Positions 13,232 to 23,810 of a stretch of DNA of 26,557 nt are shown here, one piece after another. This DNA comes from Macrostomum lignano (taxonomy: Eukaryota). The stretch is taken from positions 1 through 26,557 of the forward strand of contig NIVC01005089.1 in NCBI GenBank assembly GCA_002269645.1, written 5' to 3'. The first letter of the stretch is position 1. Each line of letters starts with the position of its first letter. The position numbers were made by a program, and so were the translations under genes. The notes beneath the pieces are model-generated. The model was not told the origin of the DNA and made no database searches. It worked only from the letters and a program-made list of their open reading frames with translations.

Positions 13232-13972
13232 CGTGACAGGGGAGAGTGACAGACACTGGCCACAGTGGTAGACACGGGAGAGTGACAGACACTGAAGAAG
13301 AGAATGAAAGACAATAAAGAAAGTAATAGACTATTGGGGAGAGTGACAGAGACTAAAAGGAATGTGAAAAAAACGCGTGAGGAGTGACAGTGACAGTGGG
13401 GGGAGTGACAGAGATAGTGGGGGGAGTGATAGAGACTTTGGGAGTGATAGAGACAGTGAGGGGAGTGACAGAGACAGTGAGGGGAGTGACAGAGACAGTG
13501 AGGGGAGTGACAGAGACAGTGGGGGTAGTGAAAGAGACAGTGGGGGGAGTGACAGAGACAGTGGGGGTAGTGAAAGAGACAGTGGGGGGAGTGACAGAGG
13601 CAGTGGGGTAGTGAAAGAGATAGTGGGGGAGTGACAGAGGCAGTGGGAGTGACAGAGGCAGTGGGAGTGACAGAGACAGTGAGGGGAGTGACAGAGACAG
13701 TGGGGGAGTGACAGAGGCAGTGGGGGTAGTGAAAGAGACAGTGGGGGGAGTGACAGAGGCAGTGGGGTAGTGAAAGAGATAGTGGGGGAGTGACAGAGGC
13801 AGTGGGAGTGACAGAGGCAGTGGGGGGAGTGACAGAGACAGTGGGGGGAGTGACAGAGGCAGTGGGGGTAGTGAAAGAGACAGTGGGGGGAGTGACAGAG
13901 GCAGTGGGAGTGACAGAGGCAGTGGGAGTGACAGAGGCAGTGGGGGGAGTGACAGACAGTGGAGGGTGACAG
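13232..13972. repeat. G-rich minisatellite of about 18-21 bp (GGGGGAGTGACAGAGACAGT and variants)
   Basis: Directly visible variable-length array. The main block is about 13337-13972. Confidence 0.93.
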
Positions 13973-14570
13973 AGAAACTAACTTGGTGGACACCTTTCTC
14001 CTCCTCCATCTTCGTCTGCCCCCTTATTCTCTCAAATGCCTGAAGTTCTCAGACAGGCACGCCCCGGACCAGTTGCAGGATAAAGCTAGTTTATTCCATT
14101 CACAGAAACTCTGCATCAAGTGGAGCTGAATGGCAGTCTCTCTGGCTAAAATATTGAATTATTAATATGCAGTCAAATTCCAAAAAGTCGAGCATTCTGC
14201 GAATCCGAAATTTGGTCTTCCGAGAGCAGTGCAGCGTTTTCTGATTAATAAATCGTTTATCCTTTGTTCATGGATTTTTATAGAGGCAAACTGATGCAAT
14301 AATGTTAATTGGTCGCCGAAAAATTATTTGAAAACTGATATTAAAATGAGTTTCTATGGTAATAAAAGTTGGTTTGTTTCAGGGAACAACAACTCAAATC
14401 CATCCTCTACCTTTTGATATTGCTACCTTTTGATATTGGGTAGAATATACAACATTTGCAGTTAGAAGAGAGGGTGGCCCGACGGACCTACTCTAATCAA
14501 GCGCTGCCCATCTGTCGTTCGGCTTTCAAAATTGAGCCTCGAAGCTTAACAAACAGACCTCAGTGTAGAA

Positions 14571-14946
14571 CAGGGGTCGGCAATTGTTCAAATTATGGGA
14601 ACGATATAGAATCTAGCCCATGATTGAGAGGATATGATAGAGGACAAGAGAGATGAGAAAAGGAGAGGGGAGATGAGAAAGGAGAGGTGAGATGCGAGAG
14701 AGGAGGGAGATGAAAGAGGACAGGAGAGATGAGAAGAGGATAGGGGAGATGAAAGAGGAGAGGGGAGATGAGACAGGAGAGGGAAATGAGGAAGAGAAGA
14801 GAGAGGAGAGAAGAGAAAGACAGCTGAGAAGAGACACAAACATTTAGCGGGCCGGATTGCTATTGTGCAGTTTCAAAGGACCCGAGGGCCGGATAGAGGC
14901 TTCGCGGGCCGCATGTGGCCCTCAGGCCGGAGTTAGCCGACCCCTG
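14571..14946. mobile_element. hAT (Charlie/Buster-like) non-autonomous element with internal purine-rich repeat
   Basis: Perfect 11-bp TIRs: CAGGGGTCGGC (14571-14581) and GCCGACCCCTG (14936-14946). GGGCCG subterminal repeats near the right end. The left flank GTGTAGAA fits the NTNTAGAN target preference, but the right flank GCAGAAGA is not a matching TSD. Confidence 0.7.
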
Positions 14947-15093
14947 GCAGAAGAAGAGAGAATTGAAACAAAGACGAAGAGAAGAAGAATAGAAGATTGA
15001 ATAATTGGCAGTAATTTCGATAGCCGGATTTCCAAATTAGGCGGCTGTCTGATTTTTCGTGATAAAAAACTCCATTGAGGCAAGAGAAAAAGC

Positions 15094-15095
<2 letters not shown>

Positions 15096-15144
<49 letters not shown>
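15096..15144. repeat. (GA)n microsatellite
   Basis: About 24 GA units, directly visible. Confidence 0.98.
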
Positions 15145-15147
<3 letters not shown>

Positions 15148-15731
15148 CAGCTGCAGTCGGAGAGATTATCTCTGAGGAGAATAGACACTCGCCGGGATGA
15201 AGGAGGCTGGGAGTGCCAGACTATGGGAATAAGAAAAGGGGAGAACGCCGCTAAAATGACGACCCTCCCCTCTCGAGGCGCTCAAGGGAGATCCTTCGGT
15301 CCGGGCCAGATGGTGACTAAAACGGGCTGTCCCACCGGCTCTGAGAATAGAAATCAATAACACATCGGAGGAGGAGGAAGGAGACGGGGACAGAAGAGAT
15401 GGGCAGGGCGGGAGGTGTGCAGACGACAGCAGCCGTGTGATGGAGGCAGGCGAATGGCGTTATTGAATCGAGTTTGCTATAAGCTCCACACGAGACTTGC
15501 GAGCTAAACAAGAGGGGTAAGGATTTGGGAGGCTGACTTGACGGCCAAATGGTGCGAGCATTGGGGTAAGCAAGATCTCAGGGTCCTCGCGTAGTCCCTT
15601 ATCGCGGAATATCACTGGACACACGTCATTCTCACAGAGTGGAATAGGGAGGGAGAGAGGGAGAATAAAGTTTTAGAACCTGTCTGCCCTGCGAAGTCTC
15701 TCCTGATTGGAGAGCGACAGTCTCCAATAAA

Positions 15732-15741
15732 GTTAGCTAGC

Positions 15742-15785
<44 letters not shown>

Positions 15786-15806
15786 CAGTTAGTTAATTAG
15801 TTAGTC

Positions 15807-15857
<51 letters not shown>

Positions 15858-15862
15858 CAGTC

Positions 15863-15913
<51 letters not shown>

Positions 15914-15934
15914 CAGTTAGTTAATTAGTTAGTC

Positions 15935-15997
<63 letters not shown>

Positions 15998-16002
15998 CAG
16001 TC

Positions 16003-16057
<55 letters not shown>

Positions 16058-16078
16058 CAGTTAGTTAATTAGTTAGTC

Positions 16079-16145
<67 letters not shown>

Positions 16146-16198
16146 CAGCTAGTTAATTAGTTAGTTAGTTAGTTATTCATTCAGTCAGTTAGTTAGTC

Positions 16199-16249
<51 letters not shown>

Positions 16250-16254
16250 CAGTC

Positions 16255-16305
<51 letters not shown>

Positions 16306-16324
16306 CAGTCAGTTAGTTAGTTAG
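15732..16324. repeat. (GTTA)n microsatellite with GTCA/TTAA variants
   Basis: Directly visible. It ends about 90 nt before the exon 2 acceptor. Confidence 0.98.
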
Positions 16325-16414
16325 ATGGCCTCTGAAAATCGCCCCCTGATATACCTGGAAATCAGACCAGGAAATGGCCTATGAATTTTTTTCTAAACGA
16401 ACATTCCGTTGTAG

Positions 16415-16681
16415 CAACAGCAGCAACAGCAGCAGCAGCAGCAGCAGCCGTGCATCACCAGCCAGCATCAGCTGTTCCTCAGCGGCCCTGGCACCGTCAC
16501 CAGCAACGGCATCGGCTGCATCATCGGCCTACCGCGCCAACTGGACGTCATCAACACAGCCGGCATGATGGCGGCCGCGACAAGCGCCTCCGACAGCGCC
16601 AGCAACACGCCGTTGAATTTGTCGCGCCCGCGTCCGGTCAGCAAAGAGACTTCGGCAGCTGACGATGGCAACGGCTTGCAG
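16415..16681 (+). CDS. SoxD: SoxD coding exon 2 (poly-Gln, PLNLS CtBP-binding motif)
   Basis: Acceptor TTCCGTTGTAG| at 16414 and donor CAG|GTGAGC at 16682. The 267 nt are open, phase 0-0. TPLNLSRPR (PLNLS at 16610-16624) matches the SOX6 PLNLS CtBP motif. Not shown in the ORF track in this frame. Confidence 0.85.
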
Positions 16682-16781
16682 GTGAGCTCTTCCGCTGCCG
16701 TTGTTCACTAACTATATGACGAGTAATTTTGCTGTTCAGACAAAGGTATAGTTACTCCCGCCGTTTACCATTACACAACAG

Positions 16782-17083
16782 GATTTGTCAAAGCGAGGCA
16801 AGTCGCAGCGACCAGTGCGGACCCCGCCGCCCGCTCATGGCCTCTCAATTCAGCAGCACCAGCACCAGCACCAGCAGCTGACTCTGCCGCAGCAGCAGCA
16901 GCAACAACAGCAGCAGTCACAGCAGCAGTTGCAGCATCAGCAAATTCTTCATCAGCATCAGCAGCCAACCACAGTGTCCGCCATCACGGTGGACAGTCAG
17001 CAGGTAGCTGCTGCCAGCATCTTGGCGGCCGCCGGCCTCACAGTGCCGCAGCTGCTGTCGCACCCGGGACTGGCGGCGCTCAG
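16782..17083 (+). CDS. SoxD: SoxD coding exon 3 (Gln/His-rich)
   Basis: Acceptor ACAACAG| at 16781 and donor CAG|GTAATG at 17084, phase 0-2. Reads DLSKRGKSQ...HPGLAAL(R). Confidence 0.85.
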
Positions 17084-17151
17084 GTAATGTTGAACAAATT
17101 GATAGTTTTGTGCAACTTTTCATGTCATTTCAGGAAATCTGTTCATTACTT

Positions 17152-17720
17152 GAAGATACAAGATGCAGATCATTTACCTGGAGACACAAGATTCAGATCA
17201 TTTACCTGAAGACACAAGATTCAGATCATTTACCTGAAGACACAAGATTCAGATCATTTACCTGAAGACACAATATTCAGATCATTTACCTGAAGACACA
17301 ATATTCAGATCATTTACCTGAAGACACAAGATTCAGATCATTTACCTGGAGACACAAGATTCAGATCATTTACCTGGAGACACAAGATTCAGGTCTTTTA
17401 CCTGAAGACACAAGATTCAGATTATTTACCTGAAGACACAAGATTCAGATCATTTACCTAAAGACACAATATTCAGATCATTTACCTGAAGACACAAGAT
17501 TCAGATCATTTACCTGAAGACACAAGATTCAGATCATTTACCTGAAGACACAAGATTCAGATCATTTACCTGAAGACACAAGATTCAGATCATTTACCTG
17601 AAGACACAAGATTCAGATCATTTACCTGAAGACACAAGATTCAGATCATTTACCTGGAGACACAAGATTCAGGTCTTTTACCTGAAGACACAAGATTCAG
17701 GTCTTTTACCTGAAGACACA
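17152..17720. repeat. 28-bp minisatellite (GACACAAGATTCAGATCATTTACCTGAA), about 20 copies
   Basis: Directly visible. It fills most of SoxD intron 3. Confidence 0.97.
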
Positions 17721-17849
17721 TGACTCTGAATATTGCTTTAAAGGGGCGCAGAATTTTTGTGCATTCGCATTTTACGACAATCAAACGCTTTGCAGCCTAC
17801 TTTTTAAGTAGGGTAACACTAACGCGACTGCTTTGTTCAACTATCGCAG

Positions 17850-18850
17850 ATCTCCGGCGGTGACTCAGGCTACGCCGACAACTCAGCAGCTGCTCTTCGC
17901 TGCCGCCGCTCACGGCGTCGCCCTGCCAAATGCGGCTCTGGCGCTGTACTCCCAGCCGGCCACAGTCCAGGTGCAGCCAGTGCACCAGCTGCTGCATCAT
18001 CCGCAGGTGACCCAGCAACAGCAGCAGCAGCAACAGCAGCAGCAGCAACAGCAGCAGCCGCAGCTGCTAACCCAGCAGAATCAGCAGGACAAGCAACAGC
18101 AGCAGCCAACTGTGCTAGCGCTGACTACCGCATCTATGCAGCAGCTCACGCAGCCTCAGCAGCAGCAACAGCAGCAGCCGCAGATTCCCGCAGCAACAGC
18201 GAACTCTGCTGCTAGTCAGGAGGCCGCGGTTAGCAACCAGACCAACGGCGCCAAGAACGGCACCAGCAGCAAATCTTCGCGCGCATCCCGTCAGGCTGCA
18301 TCGAGCAATAATAATAATAGTAATAATAACAATAATAACCAGGAGAAGCCTTCGACTGGGACTTCCGCAACTGCCCCGGACAGCAAAGAGGCTACTAGCG
18401 GCGGAGGCGGCAGCGGCGGCAGTCACGTGAAACGCCCGATGAACGCTTTCATGGTTTGGGCTCGCGAGGAGCGTCGAAAAATATTGAAAGCCTGTCCAGA
18501 CATGCACAATTCGAATATTTCCAAGATTCTGGGCGCCAAGTGGAAGGCGATGACGGCGGAGGAGAAGCAGCCGTTCTACGAGGAGCAATCCCGGCTGTCC
18601 AAGATCCACATGGAGCAGCACCCGGACTATCGGTACCGGCCCAGGCCGAAGCGCACCTGCATCATGGACGGCCGGAAGCTGCGCATCTCTGAGTACAAGG
18701 ATCTGGTCAAAGGACGACGGGCCGCAGGCAGCGGCGGTGCAACGCCTGGCAAGCAGCAGGCGGAGGATCAGGCCGACTGGGACGAGGAGGCTGCGAAGGT
18801 TGAGGAGAAGCCCGCCGCTGCCACAGCGGCCTCGGAGGAGGGAATTCTCG
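17850..18850 (+). CDS. SoxD: SoxD coding exon 4 containing the complete HMG box
   Basis: [41 protein letters not shown]...[19 protein letters not shown] (18424-18720) is diagnostic of group D, including the post-HMG RTC..DG.KLRI.EYK tail. Branch point CACTAAC at 17817-17823, acceptor CGCAG| at 17849 (phase 2), donor G|GTGAGT at 18851 (phase 1). Confidence 0.97.
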
Positions 18851-18996
18851 GTGAGTGACGAAATATTGTAGCTGAAGTTTGCTACTTATAGTAAGATAAA
18901 CGTGTATTTAGCATGTTTCATTGATAAATGCACCATTGTTTTAAGTCCAATCAATGCTCGAATTGTCTTCCAGTCTGATGGCTCTTCCACTCCCAA

Positions 18997-19300
18997 ATAG
19001 ATCCCCCCTCTGCCATACATCCCCCCTCTACCATACATCCCCCCTCTGCCATACATCCCCCCTCTGCCATACCCCTCTGCCATAGATCCTCCCTCTGCCA
19101 TACATCCCCCCTCTGCCATACATCCCCCCTCTGCCATACATCCCCCCTCTGCCATACCCCCTCTGCCATACCCCCTCTGCCATAGATCCCCCTCTGCCAT
19201 ACATCCCCCTCTGCCATACCCCTCTGCCATACCCCTCTGCCATAGATCCCCCCTCTGCCATACATCCCCCTCTGCCATACATCCCACTCCGCCATAGATC
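18997..19300. repeat. C-rich minisatellite of about 13-18 bp (ATCCCCCCTCTGCCATAC)
   Basis: Directly visible in SoxD intron 4. Confidence 0.93.
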
Positions 19301-19351
19301 TCTCTCCTATCCCATTTCTCACGTGCATCCCTGTAATCAACTGATCTTCAG

Positions 19352-19782
19352 GCACCCCAGCTCAGCTGGTGCTTAAGCTGGAGAAGCAGCCGCCTCCTCC
19401 GACATCGCAACCTGAACAACAGCCTGAGCAGCAGCAGCAGGTCGAAGTCGCCGACGCTAACGATAACGACAATGACAACGAGTGCGACGCGTTGATGCTA
19501 GCTGACGGTGATGACGTCGACGACGACTCGACAGCGGCTCCGGCGACATGCGACGCCGACGCTAAAAATGTTTCCTCCTCCTCCGCCGAGACCATGATGG
19601 AGACCGATGAGGCTGGGAACAACGGAGAAATCGAGCTGCGCCCGATGGAGACTGACGAATGCGGCCAGGGCTCGGGTGAGCAGCGTCAGGGACAACTGCG
19701 CGATGATGCCGAACAACCAGCCGGGCTGCCAGCGATTTCCAAAGCCGCAGCAGCCACCGTAGCTCTTCGAGTGGCGCCCTGA
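19352..19782 (+). CDS. SoxD: SoxD coding exon 5 (acidic C-terminal tail, stop TGA)
   Basis: Acceptor CTGATCTTCAG| at 19351, phase 1, matching exon 4. Reads (G)TPAQLVLKLEKQPPPP...RVAP*. LKLE (19372-19383) fits the psi-K-x-E SUMO consensus. Confidence 0.85.
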
Positions 19783-21208
19783 TCGCACTGATCCGCTGCC
19801 GTTCTGTTCTGTTTAGTCGAGCATTTCAACTCTCCATCGAAATGGTTCATTCGATGTCTCCAGCGTTTGTATTCCTTTTATGTTTTGCATTCATCAGTTT
19901 TATTTTTAAATCGATTGCAAATGCTAAAATAGCTAGATGTGGCACTAAGCTAAGCTTTTATGCGCAGCTAAACTACTTAAAATTCAGTAGTATTTTCTCT
20001 CTCTTAGCTTCAGTATCCCTGGCACTGGGTTCATCTGATCATCTGCTTAATCGTTCGCGCTGTTCCACGAAAACTTTATCGCACCTCCGATTACTTCACT
20101 AACCCCCTCCTCATTTTATTGCCCTCCTTTCTCACGCCTCAGAGTTAGCCTGCTATGTACATTATCGTGTACATTATGTACACGGATTCCCTGTATTCTA
20201 TTTTATTGCCCTACCTCCCCACGCCGCGGGCCTAACCCTCCTATGTACTGTCCTACTGAATAATGTACATTAATTTTCTTACCCCATTTAATTGATCATC
20301 CTTCCAGCTCCCTCCCTCCCGGAGTTTAAGCTTCCAATGTAAATTGTCTGCCACACACGGCGGGGGCAAATCTACCGTACATTACTGCCGCTCTGATAAA
20401 AAAGTTTATAGTCTGGTTTTTAAACTATCAAAGTAATGTCTGCCGCTTTCTTTACTCGCTACTACTGAATAGAGGTGACATAAACAGTGTCGCATCTAGT
20501 TGCTGGTTTAGCATATCTGAGCTGTGCATGAATCATTTTAACAGCTAAAGCTGCTGATTGCTACTATTAGTAGATGAACTTGAAAATAAATTGATTAAAT
20601 TAGTGCAATCTGTTGTGTTGAATATTCCTTGCCGACCCTTATGATTGTTTTAATCAGCTTTTTTGTCCCACGTCCCTATGATAAGTATTAATTTTATTAT
20701 TAACTGTAGTCTCGTTGAACTTGTCTGTGCAATTCGCTGCTTTTATATTGCAAACTGCTGCTGCCCCTGCAATAGATAAGATGATTCGTTACCATCCCTT
20801 GATTGGTCTGCTTTTCCGCACATTCTGTACACACATTGTTAATGTTATTTATTAGTTTCATACTTATGCGTTCTCTTGTTTTTTATATTCATGTTCTTTA
20901 AAGACCAGAAATTGTGAATCATATTCCCCGGACAACATATAACGGCAGTATTAAGCAGACCAGCAATACGGATTATCTTTATTATACAAGTATTATGCAT
21001 ATTATGTGTGCTGACAGCAAATATTTTCCTTTTTGTTGTTGAAATAGAAACCCTCCTTTTCTATATAATTTTCCTTTGGTGATTGTTATGACTCCTCGTT
21101 CAACCTCGTTCTGCTGTAACTCTTGTGTCGAATGCTTCCGTTCCGTTTTGTCTGCCCATGCATACGCACGTACTACTCATAAGCATATTTTTTACACCCT
21201 GTTATTCC

Positions 21209-21214
21209 AATAAA
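21209..21214 (+). terminator. Probable SoxD polyadenylation signal (about 1.4 kb 3'UTR)
   Basis: AATAAA followed by a GT/T-rich tract. An alternative AATAAA lies at 20585-20590. Confidence 0.55.
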
Positions 21215-21341
21215 ATGTTGTTTTTTTGCTTGCTTTATTTTTGACTTGCCCTGCAGTTTGATTTTGACACGCTTTGTTCGGCGAACTCTACTTAATTTAG
21301 ATTTAAGTTGTAATAACTGGTGTACAGGCTATAACTATAAC

Positions 21342-21805
21342 AGACACCCAACGCCTCCTCCATCACAATTATACACCCACCCTCCGCCGCAATTAGACAC
21401 CCACCCCTCCACGGCCATCATGCAGACACCCTCCTCTCCGCCGCAATCAGACACCAACCCCTTCCCCACGGCAATCAAACACCCACCTCTCCGCCGCAAT
21501 CAGACACCCTCCTCTCCGCCGCAATCAGACACCCTCCTCTCCGCCGCAATCAGACACCCTCCTCTCCGCCGCAATTAGACACCAACCCCTCCACGGCAAT
21601 CAGACACGAACCCTCCACGGCAATCATGCAGACACCCTCCTCTCCGCCGCAATCAGACACGAACCCTCCACGGCAATCATGCAGACACCCTCCTCTCCGC
21701 CGCAATCAGACACCCTCCTCTCCGCCGCAATCAGACACCCACCTCTCCGCCGCAATTAGGCACCAACACCTTTCCACGGCAATTATGCAGACACCCACCC
21801 ACCCC
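21342..21805. repeat. Minisatellite of about 25 bp (CAGACACCCTCCTCTCCGCCGCAAT), about 18 variable copies
   Basis: Directly visible intergenic array. Confidence 0.92.
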
Positions 21806-22709
21806 CTCCACCTTTAGCGGCAATTAATTTGATTTAATAACTAGTTAAAAAACAAGCCGGAGTGGTCAATCCGTGCCGAAACAAAAATCTGTCTAAAGCT
21901 CCCGTTGCAATATTATTATATTTGATTTTCTAACGTGGTCGCTTTTTAATTTCTTGCCACGTGATTGCAGGTGACTGAGTCGAATCAACTAATTAAGACA
22001 TTGAATAACCTTTTATCGGTATCATTTTTTCGTTTCCTAGTATTATGACGCTTAGCTGTCGTCTGAAGCAATATCTAATCAACTTTTAATCCTCCTCTAG
22101 AACGAACGATTCTGGTTACTTCTGTGCAATATAATTTTTAGACAGTCTCAATGCTTCTGTCCAGTTTAGTTGGTGTCTAATTTAAGTAGGCTCGTATGTT
22201 TTTCCCACGGAATCAATTTTTGCCGTTCATTCGCTCGATTCAACATTCGATTTTACGCCTGCTGAAACAACTTTTGCGTCTTGTGAAATCCGGAAAATTT
22301 AGGGACTCGAATGTTTCTAAAAATGAATAATATGAGTTAAACAAACAGCTTTTCAGACAGACGCAATCGTAAAGCTTTTTAAGCTGATGATGGACCCGAA
22401 GTTCCTCTGTTATCTTCTGTTTATTCTGCTTATTACGAGCGTAACTCAAATTTTCCGAGCGAAAGCACCTTTGATTAATAATCCAAGCACGAAGTTTTTT
22501 GTTATTTTATTTTCCTAAGTTGCTTTCAGTTTATTGTTTGTTGCCATATTATTAAAAACTATTATGTTCAAAACTAAATTTGATTATAAATTTGTTTGGT
22601 GTAAATAAATTTGCAATCAACTGCAAGATTTGGTCACATTTGGATGTCTTGCCCTGCTGAGAAAAAGTTTAAAAAGTCTTTGTTCTCGCTTTTGTGCCAC
22701 GTCCACTCA

Positions 22710-23175
22710 CTTTGATCTTTGAGTGAGCCGCCACCTCCACTCCCTTTGATCTTCGAGTGAGCCGCCACCTCCACTCCCTTTGATCTTCAAGTGAGCCGCC
22801 CGCCACCTCCACTCCCTTTGATCTTCGAGTGAGCCGCCACCTCCACTCCCTTTGATCTTCGAGTGAGCCGCTACGTCCACTCCCTTTGATCTTCGAGTGA
22901 GCCGCCACCTCCACTCCCTTTGATCTTCAAGTGAGCCGCCCGCCACCTCCACTCCCTTTGATCTTTGAGTGAGCCGCCCGCCACCTCCACTCCCTTTGAT
23001 CTTCGAGTGAGCCGCCACCTCCACTCCCTTTGATCTTCGAGTGAGCCGCCACCTCCACTCCCTTTGATCTTCGAGTGAGCCGCCACCTCCACTCCCTTTG
23101 ATCTTCGAGTGAGCCGCCACCTCCACTCCCTTTGATCTTCGAGTGAGCCGCCACCTCCACTCCCTTTGATCTTTT
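22710..23175. repeat. 34/38-bp minisatellite (TTTGATCTTCGAGTGAGCCGCCACCTCCACTCCC), about 13 copies
   Basis: Directly visible intergenic array. Confidence 0.96.
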
Positions 23176-23286
23176 AGCAGCTAGGCCGCCACCATTATTA
23201 ATAAGCCCTTTTGATGGAAGCTTGAAATCATAATACGAAAAAATGTATGACACAAAACACTGTTGTGCAATACTCCTGCACTCATT

Positions 23287-23292
23287 TTTATT
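23287..23292 (-). terminator. Candidate polyadenylation signal of the SEC14-like gene
   Basis: AATAAA on the - strand, about 245 nt after the stop codon. The context is AT-rich, so a chance match is possible. Confidence 0.35.
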
Positions 23293-23535
23293 TCAGTTAA
23301 TCTTGAAATATAATTATACGAGTAAAACCATAGGAAATTTCAATAATAATACAATAGAGACTATAAAAATCGACCCTAAAAGTAACAAGGATCTTAAAAG
23401 TTGTGTTAACAAGCATCCACTATGCTTTTTTATAATTTGTTTGGTAAATGTCGACAAGAAATATTCAAATAAATATTAAAAAATCGACAATTTGCTTATA
23501 CATACACTGTTAGTGGCAGTAGCAATAATCGCAAA

Positions 23536-23663
23536 CTAGGCCGAGCGCATCCGGTCAATCTCGGCGCTGGTCTCGGCGTCCTGCACGGGCGGCAGCAGTT
23601 CAGCCCGGTAGAGCAGCCGCTTGCCTCGGGTCCAGCTGAAGCTGTTGTCGAACACCAGCTCGT
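23536..23663 (-). CDS. SEC14-like (CRAL-TRIO/GOLD) last exon
   Basis: (Y)ELVFDNSFSWTRGKRLLYRAELLPP...RSA* matches the GOLD-domain end of SEC14L2-type proteins (Y.L.FDN.YS...K). Acceptor AACCAG|, phase 1. Confidence 0.92.
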
Positions 23664-23810
23664 CTGGTTTGGGGGTTGGATTGGTTAGCTTTGCATTTAT
23701 CTCGGGGATTATCTTAAAAAAATAGTCTAGCTAATGGAATTCACGGTTCCTTGAATCCTCAAATGCTAAGACTACTTTTTAGATTCTAAAGCTAATTGGG
23801 AAAATAAAAA

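Noticed and set aside
11744-14009. Long ORFs on both strands (up to 401 aa)
   Set aside because: Built from adjacent 21-, 24- and about 21-bp arrays whose periods are multiples of three. The unique flanks resemble no family I recognise.
15732-16324. TTAG array as interstitial telomeric repeat
   Set aside because: The unit is 4 bp (TTAG), not TTAGG or TTAGGG.
21830-22700. AT-rich intergenic stretch and 69-aa ORF (22240-22449)
   Set aside because: No recognisable coding, TE or RNA signature.
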